A stretch of 64,000 nt of DNA from Eledone cirrhosa (taxonomy: Eukaryota). Under the pieces are notes generated by a model that was not told the DNA's origin, ran no database searches, and worked only from the letters and a program-made list of their open reading frames with translations. Of the stretch, positions 63,969 through 64,000 are shown one piece after another; the stretch's first letter is position 1, and every line of letters starts with the position of its first letter. The stretch covers positions 7,502,001-7,566,000 of the forward strand of contig OZ024763.1 of NCBI GenBank assembly GCA_964016885.1, written 5' to 3'. The position numbers were made by a program, and so were the translations under genes.

Positions 63969-64000
63969 TACATGTATAGGGAGGGATAGAGACAGCTATC

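Overview
This is intron-rich, microsatellite-dense animal DNA. The SINE, RTE-LINE and MITE content looks like an octopod cephalopod (inference). The main feature is a minus-strand M13-family zinc metallopeptidase gene (neprilysin/ECE-like). I traced it by hand as 21 GT-AG coding exons (39933 down to 3996, about 760 aa) with a type II TM anchor and HEITH, GENIADNGG and C-terminal CHVW motifs. Exon 14 carries one extra base in the NAYY motif, giving a frameshift that is either real or a consensus error. Almost all long ORFs in the supplied track are microsatellite or minisatellite artefacts. The most unusual signal is about a dozen short elements, from several sequence families, inserted in (TA)n tracts. 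Most are fold-backs, and most carry a minimal type I hammerhead-ribozyme fold (CUGANGA...GAAA...UH, often palindromic stem III, covarying stem I), as in Penelope-like elements or retrozymes. Several satellites derive from transposon parts, including a 148 x 29 bp array of a SINE Pol III A-box. All folds and coordinates were read by eye; nothing was computed or searched.
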